Origin: a virus
Virus record (IMG/VR): IMGVR_UViG_3300044645_002216
Location: 3,307-67,306 of that record
Length of the DNA stretch: 64,000 nt
Reading direction: 5' to 3' (one strand)
Shown: in pieces, positions 26,328 through 35,920 of the stretch
How positions within the stretch are numbered: position 1 is the stretch's first letter
How the letters are laid out: the number at the start of each line of letters is the position of its first letter
The notes under the pieces: generated by a model
Seen by the model: the letters and a program-made list of their open reading frames with translations, nothing else
The model's database searches: none
What the model was told of the DNA's origin: nothing
Program-made: the position numbers and the translations under genes

Positions 26328-29300
26328 ATGGCAGTACGTATTAATAGACCTTCAACTGGCGCAACTCCATCAAGTTCATCAAGATCTGTTCCAACATCCC
26401 CTAGAGAAGTTCCATCCAGGTCTTCTCAAGATAGAGCTCGCCCCACTTTAACAAATCTCGGTAGTGCTAGTATTAGAGATTCAGTTACTACACTTAGTGG
26501 CTCAAGCCCTACTAGGACGAGAACTGCAGTAATTGAAAGAGGAAATAATATCATTACTACCACCCGTCTACCGGGCAGCGAAGATCTTAGTCCAAAACGT
26601 GTTGATATTCGTAGACGACCACAAGAACCATCAAGACCACCACAAGAAGATCCAATTATTATTGCTGCTCCACCCATAACAGGTTGTCCGGATCCAAATA
26701 CATTAATTTTATTATCTGATGGGTCACAGAAAAGAGCCGGAGATCTTCAAGTTGGTGATGTAGTAAGAACTCAACATGAGGATACTTTAGAATGGGGAGA
26801 GCATGAGGTTACTTACGTTCATATTAAAGACTCAGAAAAACTAGTTCTCACTTTCGACCATACTGAGTTTGTTTGTTCTACTTCCCACAAGTTCTATGTA
26901 GAAGGTAAAGGTTGGACTGAAGTCAACCAAATGGAAATTGGTGACTTTGTAATTGGTTTAGATCAATCACATGAGTTACTGGAAGTAAGAGAAGGAACTT
27001 ATGGTGAAGTAGTCGTTATTCAGATTGAAGACGCCCACACTTATATTTCTGAAGGATTATTATCTCACAATAAAACTATCCTTCCACCAGAAACATTTCC
27101 GCCACAACCAACACCAGAACCAGGTTTCACACCAATTCCACCATCTGGCGGTGGATTCTTTGTACCAGGAACACCGACAACTGTTACGACAACTACTACG
27201 GGTACAACAACAAGAACTGGAACTGCAACAAGAATTAATACTACTTCTACTACTAGGAGTTTAGGTCAAAATAGACTTGTAGGTCTAGATGTATTACCAT
27301 ACATGAGATCTAGAAACGTTGAGTTTATTGCTAAAAAATTAAAACCAAATACCCTAGTATATCCATTTTTCGACAAACAAAATTTTTATGATTACGTAGT
27401 ACCAAAAATTCTTGAAATTGAAATGATTTCAGGAACTTTTGTTACCGGAGAAACTATTTCTGGAGTTCTCATTCAAGACGAAGTTGTAGACCTACTTTCT
27501 ACATTAACTATAAGATCAATTCAATTTCGTCTTGCTGTCTATAATCATAAGTATGGACCTTATAATAACCCAACAGACGTATACTCATCAAGTCCATATA
27601 ATATAACAGACCAACTTCAACCATATTCTCCAACATCAACTACTCTTAACGTAGATACAACAAGTCTTTCCGATTTATCTCTTGGAACTTATGGGGGTAA
27701 TGTTTTTATTGGAATGACCTTGGTTGGTAGGGATAGCGGAGCCACAGCACGAGTTAGAGAAAGGAGACTTGTATCAGATAATGTTGGTACAGTTATTGGT
27801 TCTTTCTTTATTCCAAATCCAAATGGAGCAGGAAATCCAAGATTTACTACTGGAAATAAAACTTTCAGATTAACTGATAATCCTACAAACGGAACAATCG
27901 CAGGTACCTTGTATACCTATGCAAATGCAAATTTCTTTGCTGATGGATTAATTACTCAAGGGCAAGAAACAGTCTTATCAATCCGTACTGTTGAAACTCA
28001 GACCGCTATTATAAATGAAACCGTACCAATTACAAATACAACAGTAACAACTGTTCCCGGCACTCCAGTATTCGTACCATCTCCTACACCAACACCTCCC
28101 GCTCCACAACCACCACCACCGCCACCACCGGTGGTGACAGATCCAGGACCAGGACCAGTTATAAATCCAGATCCTTCGACACCAACGCCGCCACCACCCC
28201 CACCACCACCAGCAGCGGAACCACAAGCGTTTCGTTTATTTATTGGAGGTACTAATTCGCCAGACTTCTCCGGCCTGGGTGAAGGTCTCACACTCCCAAC
28301 ATTTATTACTTTTTTTGATTCCAATGGAGATGGAGTATTTCAAGCAAATGAAATACAAGTAGTAACTAATATACTTGGACCTGAACCAAGAGGATTTCAA
28401 TCTATACTTCCCCCAGGTGCTAGAGCTAGGACTATATCATTAGGTTCTCCCGGTGAAGCACCGGAAGAAATCATTAATAGTAAGTTCAGAGCTATTGCAT
28501 CCCAGGCAGGAAGACAAGTAAATAGAGAAAATTTTATCGTACTTCCTCAAACGGAAGAAGTTAGGCAACTAGCATTAGATGCTTTGAATCAAGCCCTGAG
28601 GAATCAAGCACTTCGTGATAGGCAACCGATTGGCGCGCCCCAGGTGAGCAGACCAGATATATTTACAAACCCAGTTGGTTTTGCTCCAGGAGAACAACCT
28701 AGGACTGGCGAAAGCGCAATTTTTGCAGGCACACCTCTCGGTAGACCAACACGAGTTAGTCCATCATTACCCGGACGTTCTCCTGCATCACAACCACCGG
28801 CAGTTGTTCCTCCAACTTCCCCAACACCAATTTCTGGAAGGCCAGTAAGACCCGGTACAACGGTCCCAACAGTAGTTGCAACAACTCCTGGTATACTTGC
28901 GACAGGAAACGGACCTTCATCACTTCCACCTAGAGTACCGTCGGCACCAACTCCTGCAGTACAACCTGTAGCAGTACCGACACAACAACCACAACGAAGA
29001 GCATTGGTTTCTGCTCCAGCACCAAGTCCAATTAATCCAACTACTGCAAACTTACTTAATTCTTCTCAACAAGTTGCCAGAGAATCCAGATTATCATCTG
29101 GACCTAACTTGGCAAGAGTCAGATCAGGTTATACTGGAACAGACCCACTCGCACAAACGTTTAAAATTGGATCCGATGAGGATCAAATTGGAAGATATGC
29201 TACTTCTATAGACGTTTTCTTCTATTCTAAGGCACCTGAACTTCCTGTTTATGTTGAATTGAGGTCAGTTGAACTGGGAATACCTACACAAAAAATCTAT

Positions 29301-31622
29301 CCATTCAGTAAAGTAGAAATATTACCAAAAGATATTAATATTTCTCAAGATGGAAGACTAGCAACAAGAGTTAAGTTCCAAGCACCAGTGTACCTTGAAG
29401 GTAACAAAGAACATGCATTAGTTCTTCTTTCTGATTCTAGTGACTATAGTGTATTTGTCTCAAGACTAGGTGAAGTTGATATTACAACAGCTTTGCTACC
29501 CGAATCTCAGCAAAGATTAGTTACAACTCAACCTACGCTTGGTTCTCTCTTCAAATCGCAGAATGCTTCTACTTGGACTCCTTCCCAATATGAAGATCTT
29601 AAGTTCAATCTTTATGCTGCTGTTTTTGAATCTACAGGAACTGTAAGTTTCTTCAATCCGGAATTGAATAGAAGCAATGATCAAATTGCAATTCTACGCA
29701 ACAATGCATTGGATATTGAATCCAGAAGAGTTAGAGTTGGTTTAGGTACTACCTTATCTTCATCCACAATTTCAGACCTAACTGAAGGAAGTTTAATTAG
29801 ACAGAGAGATACGAATGCAATTGGTAATTTTGCTTATGTGACTGGTATTGCCACAGGTACTTTAAGTATTCCAAACTCTGGTATTGGATATACTCCTTCT
29901 ACGGGCGTTCAGTCGTATTCTAATGTCTCACTTACATCAGTTAGTGGATTTGGTAGGGGAGCAACAGCAAATATTACGGTAACCAATGGATCTATTACAT
30001 CTGCAGGCATTTCCTCTGGTGGAACTGGATATCAAATTGGAGAAATATTAACTGCCGATGCAATTGGTATTACGTCAATTGGTAGAAATCTGAGACTTTC
30101 GGTACAGCAACTTTCTGGATTTAATGAACTAGTTGTTGATAACGTACAGGGTCAATTTGAAGTTGGAGTTGCAAAATCTATTCAATACTTTAGTGTGGTT
30201 CCTGGAATTGGTTATACAGATCTAAACGGAGGCAGCGTATTCGCAAATGATATTGTAACAGAAAGAGATGGATTGTATATTAACGTAAAGCATAGAAATC
30301 ATGGAATGCACGCCCTAACAAACGTTGTTAGTATTTCTAAGGCAATTTCTGATATTGATTCAATCAAACTCACTAATGATGTTGAAAGAGACTTTACCGG
30401 TAACCTTGCAGTCACTGGACTTACTACTGCATTTAACACTTTTGAAAATGTAGGTATTTCTTCTACAAATCCAGGTTACCTCGTAGTCAATTCTGAGATT
30501 ATTTCTTATACTGGTTTGAATGGAAATGTTTTCACTGGTATCACTAGAGGTGTTGATTCGACATTACGAATTAGACATCCAGCAAACTCTTTTGTTTATA
30601 AGTATGAACTTGCTGGAGTTTCTCTAAGAAGGATTAATACTACTCACGCACTTCAGGATGTAACTGATAGTACTAAAGAAAATACTTTAGATTCTTATTA
30701 CATCAAGATCGATCCGTCTGCCAATGGAACCGATAGAAGTACGGGGGTAAGTTTCCCCAAACTTTATTTGAATTCAACAAAGTCTACTGGTGGTCCAATT
30801 ATAGAGGCAACTCAAAATATTCCATATGATATCGCTCAACCAATCGTCCAAACTTTCACTCCACCTCAGACAACCATTACTGCCTCAATGAGGACGATTA
30901 GTGGGACAAGTATAGATGGTTCTGAAGAATCATTCTTAGATAGAGGTACTCGGGCTATCAAGTTGAATCAAGATAATTTCTTCGAAAATCCAAGAATTAT
31001 AGCATCTAGAGTAAATGAAAGACTTTTCTTAGATAATATAATTGCAGGAAACAAGTCATTAGAAATGACTTTAAATCTATCAACAGTAAATCAATATCTA
31101 TCTCCAGTGGTTGATCTTGATAGAGTTGGTATGATTTTAGTTTCAAACAGAGTCAATGAACCAGTAATAGACTATGTTGGAGATGAAAGAGTATCTCTCC
31201 TAGAAACTGATCCTAATGCATTTGTATATGCTTCTAAACCAATTGAACTTGAAGTTCCTGCAACATCAATTAAAATTATTCTCTCGGCACACTTGAATAT
31301 TTTCAATGATGTAAGAGCAATGTTTGCTATCATGAAAGATGCCAACGAAACACCAATTTATTACCCATTCCCAGGAAATGGAAACATCAGTGGTGATGGA
31401 AGAACTATTAATATTTCAAATAATGACGGAAGACCAGATCTTCCACTTGCAGTAACTTCCCAACTTGGATTCTTAAGTGAAGAACTTACATTTACTGATT
31501 ATGAATTTACAATTAATAATCTTGAATCATTTAAATACTTCAGTATAAAACTTATAGGTTCTTCAACTTCACAAACATATCCTCCAAGATTTAGGGATTT
31601 GAGAATTATTGCTCTGGCGTAA
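26328..31622 (+). CDS. VrlC-like/DUF4815 virion protein, C-terminal half, with an R/S/P-rich leader, a Hint domain and a Pro-rich insert
   Basis: Own SD (AAGGAG at 26313-26318); PYMRSRNVEF, DPLAQTF, GSLFKSQNASTWTPSQYEDLKF and terminal PPRFRDLRIIALA motifs. Confidence 0.85.
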   Translation: MAVRINRPSTGATPSSSSRSVPTSPREVPSRSSQDRARPTLTNLGSASIRDSVTTLSGSSPTRTRTAVIERGNNIITTTRLPGSEDLSPKRVDIRRRPQEPSRPPQEDPIIIAAPPITGCPDPNTLILLSDGSQKRAGDLQVGDVVRTQHEDTLEWGEHEVTYVHIKDSEKLVLTFDHTEFVCSTSHKFYVEGKGWTEVNQMEIGDFVIGLDQSHELLEVREGTYGEVVVIQIEDAHTYISEGLLSHNKTILPPETFPPQPTPEPGFTPIPPSGGGFFVPGTPTTVTTTTTGTTTRTGTATRINTTSTTRSLGQNRLVGLDVLPYMRSRNVEFIAKKLKPNTLVYPFFDKQNFYDYVVPKILEIEMISGTFVTGETISGVLIQDEVVDLLSTLTIRSIQFRLAVYNHKYGPYNNPTDVYSSSPYNITDQLQPYSPTSTTLNVDTTSLSDLSLGTYGGNVFIGMTLVGRDSGATARVRERRLVSDNVGTVIGSFFIPNPNGAGNPRFTTGNKTFRLTDNPTNGTIAGTLYTYANANFFADGLITQGQETVLSIRTVETQTAIINETVPITNTTVTTVPGTPVFVPSPTPTPPAPQPPPPPPPVVTDPGPGPVINPDPSTPTPPPPPPPPAAEPQAFRLFIGGTNSPDFSGLGEGLTLPTFITFFDSNGDGVFQANEIQVVTNILGPEPRGFQSILPPGARARTISLGSPGEAPEEIINSKFRAIASQAGRQVNRENFIVLPQTEEVRQLALDALNQALRNQALRDRQPIGAPQVSRPDIFTNPVGFAPGEQPRTGESAIFAGTPLGRPTRVSPSLPGRSPASQPPAVVPPTSPTPISGRPVRPGTTVPTVVATTPGILATGNGPSSLPPRVPSAPTPAVQPVAVPTQQPQRRALVSAPAPSPINPTTANLLNSSQQVARESRLSSGPNLARVRSGYTGTDPLAQTFKIGSDEDQIGRYATSIDVFFYSKAPELPVYVELRSVELGIPTQKIYPFSKVEILPKDINISQDGRLATRVKFQAPVYLEGNKEHALVLLSDSSDYSVFVSRLGEVDITTALLPESQQRLVTTQPTLGSLFKSQNASTWTPSQYEDLKFNLYAAVFESTGTVSFFNPELNRSNDQIAILRNNALDIESRRVRVGLGTTLSSSTISDLTEGSLIRQRDTNAIGNFAYVTGIATGTLSIPNSGIGYTPSTGVQSYSNVSLTSVSGFGRGATANITVTNGSITSAGISSGGTGYQIGEILTADAIGITSIGRNLRLSVQQLSGFNELVVDNVQGQFEVGVAKSIQYFSVVPGIGYTDLNGGSVFANDIVTERDGLYINVKHRNHGMHALTNVVSISKAISDIDSIKLTNDVERDFTGNLAVTGLTTAFNTFENVGISSTNPGYLVVNSEIISYTGLNGNVFTGITRGVDSTLRIRHPANSFVYKYELAGVSLRRINTTHALQDVTDSTKENTLDSYYIKIDPSANGTDRSTGVSFPKLYLNSTKSTGGPIIEATQNIPYDIAQPIVQTFTPPQTTITASMRTISGTSIDGSEESFLDRGTRAIKLNQDNFFENPRIIASRVNERLFLDNIIAGNKSLEMTLNLSTVNQYLSPVVDLDRVGMILVSNRVNEPVIDYVGDERVSLLETDPNAFVYASKPIELEVPATSIKIILSAHLNIFNDVRAMFAIMKDANETPIYYPFPGNGNISGDGRTINISNNDGRPDLPLAVTSQLGFLSEELTFTDYEFTINNLESFKYFSIKLIGSSTSQTYPPRFRDLRIIALA
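26685..27071 (+). other. Hint (intein-like/BIL-type) autoprocessing domain, 129 aa, no endonuclease
   Basis: C120-PDPNTLILLSDGSQKRAGDLQVGDVV (block A), CSTSHKFY (block B His), VVVIQIEDAHTYISEGLLSH-N248 (blocks F/G); +1 residue is Lys. Confidence 0.88.
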
Positions 31623-31624
31623 TT

Positions 31625-31849
31625 ATGGAAAAAATACAAGTAAAAGGACATCCAAGTCTCTTCAGAGATAAATCCTCCAACGCAATATTAAATACAGATA
31701 TGAATGCTTATCAAAATTATATGGAATCTAAGAGAATAAAGGAGGATGAATCTAAACGAATTAATAATATTGAAAGTGATTTAAATTCTCTTAAAGGTGA
31801 TATTGATGAAATTAAAAATCTACTGAGGAGTTTGGTTAATGGATCCTGA
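31625..31849 (+). CDS. Small conserved coiled-coil protein
   Basis: V-x-GH-x-x-L-x-RD-x-x-S-x-AI-x-N motif with a C-terminal heptad repeat; usual position before gp13. Confidence 0.8.
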   Translation: MEKIQVKGHPSLFRDKSSNAILNTDMNAYQNYMESKRIKEDESKRINNIESDLNSLKGDIDEIKNLLRSLVNGS

Positions 31850-32009
31850 CAAAATTACTCTAGAAAGTTTGAATAAATTATTTGAATATGAAAAACTTGC
31901 TAGAGATATAGATAGTATAGATGATATTGAAACTCTTAGAAATTTATCCAAGAGTTATATAAAGTTATACTTTAGTCAACAAGAAGCAATCTCGAATCTT
32001 AATTTCTAA
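31839..32009 (+). CDS. 56-aa helical protein, possible NblA-like; not in the ORF track
   Basis: GAGGAG SD at 31825-31830; TAATG coupling to gp13; MDPDKITLESLNKLFEYEKLARDIDSIDDIETLRNLSKSYIKLYFSQQEAISNLNF. Confidence 0.7.
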   Translation: MDPDKITLESLNKLFEYEKLARDIDSIDDIETLRNLSKSYIKLYFSQQEAISNLNF

Positions 32010-32854
32010 TGGCTCAACCATCCACCAGACAAGAATTAATTGATTACTGCAAGAGAAAACTGGGCGCACCAGTTTTAGAAATTAATGTTGCAGATGAACA
32101 GATTGAAGATCTTGTGGATGATACAATTCAGTTCTTTCAAGAAAGACATTTTGATGGAGTATATCCAACATTTTACAAATATCAAATTACCCAAGGTGAT
32201 ATTGATAGGGGAAGAGCGGGATTAGGTAGAAGCAATATTGGACTGGCATCTACATCAGTAACTACAAATATTGTAGGTACTGCAACCACATTTACTTACA
32301 CTGAAAATAGTAACTATCTTCAGGTTCCGCCGAACATTATAGGAATCAATAAGATCTTTACTTTTGATGGTACAAATACTATTACTAATAATATGTTTAG
32401 TGTGAAGTACCAATTGTTTCTAAATGATGTTTATTACTGGGGAACAACTGAACTACTAAGTTATGCAATGGTTAAAACATACTTGGAAGATTTGGACTTC
32501 TTGTTGAATACACAAAAGCAAATAAGATTTAATAAGAGACAAGATAGATTATATCTAGACATTGACTGGGGTGCTGTTTCTCCTGGTCAATATATTATTA
32601 TTGATTGCTACTCTACTCTTGACCCAAGTGATTATTCTAGAGTATGGAATGATTCATTTATTAAACCATATTTGACTGCTATGATTAAACGTCAATGGGG
32701 TCAAAATATGATGAAATTTACTGGAGTTAAACTTCCTGGTGGTGTGGAACTCAATGGTAGACAAATGTATGACGATGGACAAAGAGAAATTGATATGATG
32801 ATGGAAAGAATGTCCAGTACTTATGAACTTCCTCCACTAGATATGATTGGATAG
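32009..32854 (+). CDS. gp13: Neck protein gp13
   Basis: LIDYC-x-R-x-LGAPVLEINV, KRQWGQN, LPGGVELNG motifs. Confidence 0.95.
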   Translation: MAQPSTRQELIDYCKRKLGAPVLEINVADEQIEDLVDDTIQFFQERHFDGVYPTFYKYQITQGDIDRGRAGLGRSNIGLASTSVTTNIVGTATTFTYTENSNYLQVPPNIIGINKIFTFDGTNTITNNMFSVKYQLFLNDVYYWGTTELLSYAMVKTYLEDLDFLLNTQKQIRFNKRQDRLYLDIDWGAVSPGQYIIIDCYSTLDPSDYSRVWNDSFIKPYLTAMIKRQWGQNMMKFTGVKLPGGVELNGRQMYDDGQREIDMMMERMSSTYELPPLDMIG

Positions 32855-32862
32855 GTAAAATC

Positions 32863-34290
32863 ATGCTCAATCCATTCTTTCTACAAGGTTCTAAAGGAGA
32901 ACAGGGTCTCATACAAGACCTTATAAATGAACAACTGAGAATGTACGGTGTCGAAGTACATTATCTCCCTAGACAATACATCACAGAAAAAACAATCATA
33001 AAAGAAGTTATTGAATCTCAATTCAATAATGCTTATCCCATAGAAGCATATGTCGATACCTATGAGGGATATGGTGGACAAGGGACAATATTATCAAAAT
33101 TTGGTATTCAGGAACTAGATGATTTAACAATAATTATATCAAGGGAGAGGTGGGAAAATTATATTCAACCATTAATAAAAGATTACCCAAATGTAAAACT
33201 TTCAAAAAGACCAAAAGAAGGAGATTTGATTTATTTTCCTTTAGGTGACCGCTTATTTGAAATAAAATATGTTGAGCATGAAAAACCATTTTATCAATTG
33301 CAAGGATTATACACTTATGAATTAAGATGTGAACTCTTTAGATATGAAGATGAGGTTATTGATACTGGAATTGGAGAAATTGATGATAACACTGCTCAAG
33401 ATGCAATTATCCAGACTCTCCAGTTAGTTGGTATTGGATCTACTGCATCTGCAATCACAAGAATTGTAAATGGTGGTGTTAGATCTGTAACAATAACAAA
33501 TAGAGGTAACAATTACACATCAGCACCTACTGTTGCATTTTCTTCTGCTCCATTTGGGGGTGTTACTGCAATTGGAATTGCATCAATGATAAGTGGAATC
33601 GTTGATATTTGTAATCCAGATGAAACTAGATTTCGTGTTCAGGGAGTTAATCTTACAAACCCTGGCGCTGGATACACAGTAGCACCTAGAGTTTCTTTCA
33701 GCGGTGGAGGTGGATCTGGAGCAGTTGGAATAGCATCTATTGGCAATGGGGTAGTTGGAGTAATAACAGTAACTAATGGTGGAAGTGGATATGTGACTTC
33801 CCCAACAGTTTCCTTTAGTGGACTATCCTCAGTATCTGCATCCGCAAATGCTATTATAAACGATGCTGGTCAAGTAACAGCAATTAGAATTGTAAATTCT
33901 GGTCTTGGGTATACTGTACCGCCGACAATTACATTATCAGCACCAAACATTTATGTTGGATTTGGTACTTATATCTATAATGAAGTTGTTATTGGAAGTG
34001 CAAGTAGTGTAACTGCAAGAGTCAAGAGTTGGAATGTTATCACTAAAGTATTGGAAGTATCGAATATAAATGGAACGTTTACTCCAGGAGAGACATTAAC
34101 TGGACAAACATCTGCAGCACAGTATGCATTAAGAAAAGAATTTACAGATAATCTTGGTTCAACTGAAAATTTAGATGATGCATACGACGGTAAAGATACA
34201 AAAGATCGTTTTGCGGACAATAGGCAAATAGAAATTGAAGGAGATAATATTTTAGACTTTAGTGAAGAAAATCCTTTCGGAATTCCATGA
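32863..34290 (+). CDS. gp14: Neck protein gp14 with inserted beta-repeat modules
   Basis: RPKEGDLIYFPL, FEIKYVEHEKPFYQL, C-terminal LDFSEENPFG. Confidence 0.93.
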   Translation: MLNPFFLQGSKGEQGLIQDLINEQLRMYGVEVHYLPRQYITEKTIIKEVIESQFNNAYPIEAYVDTYEGYGGQGTILSKFGIQELDDLTIIISRERWENYIQPLIKDYPNVKLSKRPKEGDLIYFPLGDRLFEIKYVEHEKPFYQLQGLYTYELRCELFRYEDEVIDTGIGEIDDNTAQDAIIQTLQLVGIGSTASAITRIVNGGVRSVTITNRGNNYTSAPTVAFSSAPFGGVTAIGIASMISGIVDICNPDETRFRVQGVNLTNPGAGYTVAPRVSFSGGGGSGAVGIASIGNGVVGVITVTNGGSGYVTSPTVSFSGLSSVSASANAIINDAGQVTAIRIVNSGLGYTVPPTITLSAPNIYVGFGTYIYNEVVIGSASSVTARVKSWNVITKVLEVSNINGTFTPGETLTGQTSAAQYALRKEFTDNLGSTENLDDAYDGKDTKDRFADNRQIEIEGDNILDFSEENPFGIP

Positions 34291-34323
34291 AAGGTTAAAT
34301 AGTACTATGTATCGTATAGAACA

Positions 34324-35322
34324 ATGTTTGAATATTTTTATCACGAGATCCTGAGGAAAACTATTATTGGTTTTGGAACTCTTTTTAATAATATTACGGT
34401 AAAGCACAAGAAAGATACCGGAGAAGTAATATCATTAATTAAGGTTCCCATTGCATATGGACCAATTCAAAAGTTTTTGGCTCGTGTTGAACAGCAACCA
34501 AATTTAAATAAACCGGTTCAAATAACATTACCTAGAATGTCTTTTGAATTGGTTGGGTTAAGTTATGATCCAACTAGAAAGGTTACTTCAACTCAAACAT
34601 TTCTAAGTCCATCAACAACTGATGGGACAGATATTAGAAAAGCATATATGCCCGTTCCTTATAATATGGAATTTGAGTTAAGCATAATGACAAAATTAGA
34701 TGATGATATGCTTCAAATCATAGAACAAATAATGCCTTATTTTGGACCTTCATATACTATAAGTATTAATTTATTAAACTTAATAGGCGAAAAAAGAGAT
34801 GTTCCAGTTACATTGAATAGTATTTCAATGTCTGATGATTATGAGGGTGATTACACAAATAGGAGAGCATTAATTTATACACTAAGATTTACTGCAAAGA
34901 ACTATCTATTTGGACCTATTTCCTCTGCTTCAGACGATATCATCAAAAAGGTTTCTCTTGGATTTGTATCTGGAGACACTAGGTCTACGACAAGAGATCT
35001 TACTTATAGTGCGGAACCAATTGCCACAAAGAGCTATACAAATAATATAATTACAACAATTTCACAAGATATCGAATTGGATAATAATACAGTTACTGTT
35101 TTAAATTCTTCCCAAATACCATTAAATAGTTATATTACAATTGATAACGAAACTCTACAAGTTACTAAAAAATCTGGAAATATTTTAACAGTAAATAGAG
35201 GATCTTATGGAACTCCAATTTCAATTCATGTTTCCGGAACAGAAGTAAAACTTATTACTAATGCCGATAACGATTTAATTGAATTTGGAGATGATTTTGG
35301 ATTTGGAATTTCTTTTAGTTAA
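34324..35322 (+). CDS. gp15: Tail sheath stabiliser/completion protein gp15
   Basis: YFYHEI-x-RKT-x-x-x-FGTLFN, VPIAYGP-x-QKFLAR, LPRMSFE motifs. Confidence 0.95.
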   Translation: MFEYFYHEILRKTIIGFGTLFNNITVKHKKDTGEVISLIKVPIAYGPIQKFLARVEQQPNLNKPVQITLPRMSFELVGLSYDPTRKVTSTQTFLSPSTTDGTDIRKAYMPVPYNMEFELSIMTKLDDDMLQIIEQIMPYFGPSYTISINLLNLIGEKRDVPVTLNSISMSDDYEGDYTNRRALIYTLRFTAKNYLFGPISSASDDIIKKVSLGFVSGDTRSTTRDLTYSAEPIATKSYTNNIITTISQDIELDNNTVTVLNSSQIPLNSYITIDNETLQVTKKSGNILTVNRGSYGTPISIHVSGTEVKLITNADNDLIEFGDDFGFGISFS

Positions 35323-35328
35323 AAAATT

Positions 35329-35778
35329 ATGAGTAAGAAATTTGAAAAACTGAATGACGTATTTAATGTTTCTAGTGAAGCTATTTCTTCGGAATTAGAT
35401 ACTACAGATAAGAACTTAGAAGCTATTGCAAAAAGACAAGAGGATGAAAGTGTAACTAAAAAAACTGATATTGAAAAAGACTACGAATATGCTAGAGGCA
35501 ATTTGTATTCTCTAATGGAGAAAAGTCAAGAAGCACTGAATGGAATTCTTGAACTTGCTCAAGAGAGTGATATGCCTCGGGCATATGAGGTTGCAGGACA
35601 ATTAATTAAAAGTACAGGAGAGATTGCAGATAAAATACTTTTAGTTCATAAAATATTAAAAGATGTGGAAGAAGATAAACCAAAGGGCCCGACAACCGTT
35701 AACAATGCACTTTTTGTTGGTTCTACTGCTGACTTAGCAAAATTTTTAAAACAACAATCCGAAAATGAAAACGTTTAA
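35329..35778 (+). CDS. gp16: Terminase small subunit gp16
   Basis: DYEYARGNL, PRAYEVAGQLIK, NNALFVGST motifs. Confidence 0.93.
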   Translation: MSKKFEKLNDVFNVSSEAISSELDTTDKNLEAIAKRQEDESVTKKTDIEKDYEYARGNLYSLMEKSQEALNGILELAQESDMPRAYEVAGQLIKSTGEIADKILLVHKILKDVEEDKPKGPTTVNNALFVGSTADLAKFLKQQSENENV

Positions 35779-35920
35779 GCAGTTTCAAGAAGATTGGAGC
35801 AATAAATATAAAAAGAGTATTGATTGCTCAAATCCAAAAGGATTTTCCCAAAAAGCACACTGTGCGGGTAGATCTAAAAGAGCAAAAGGCGAAGAAACTA
35901 AATCAAAACCAGTTGAATAA
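35765..35920 (+). CDS. 51-aa basic protein with a capsid-targeting-like N-terminus (MKTFKQFQE…); not in the ORF track
   Basis: Hand translation MKTFKQFQEDWSNKYKKSIDCSNPKGFSQKAHCAGR...; TAATG coupling to the next gene. Confidence 0.7.
   Translation: MKTFKQFQEDWSNKYKKSIDCSNPKGFSQKAHCAGRSKRAKGEETKSKPVE

Noticed and set aside
26300-26330. Programmed frameshift, read-through or group I intron joining the two halves
   Set aside because: Double TAA stop, no slippery heptamer, a good SD and ATG for the second ORF, and the following sequence is an open frame with no recognisable intron core. A sequencing error cannot be fully excluded without reads.
26685-27071. Canonical mobile intein or split intein re-ligating the two ORFs
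   Set aside because: No homing endonuclease, the +1 residue is Lys, and the whole Hint domain lies in the second ORF, with no N-intein fragment at the end of the first.
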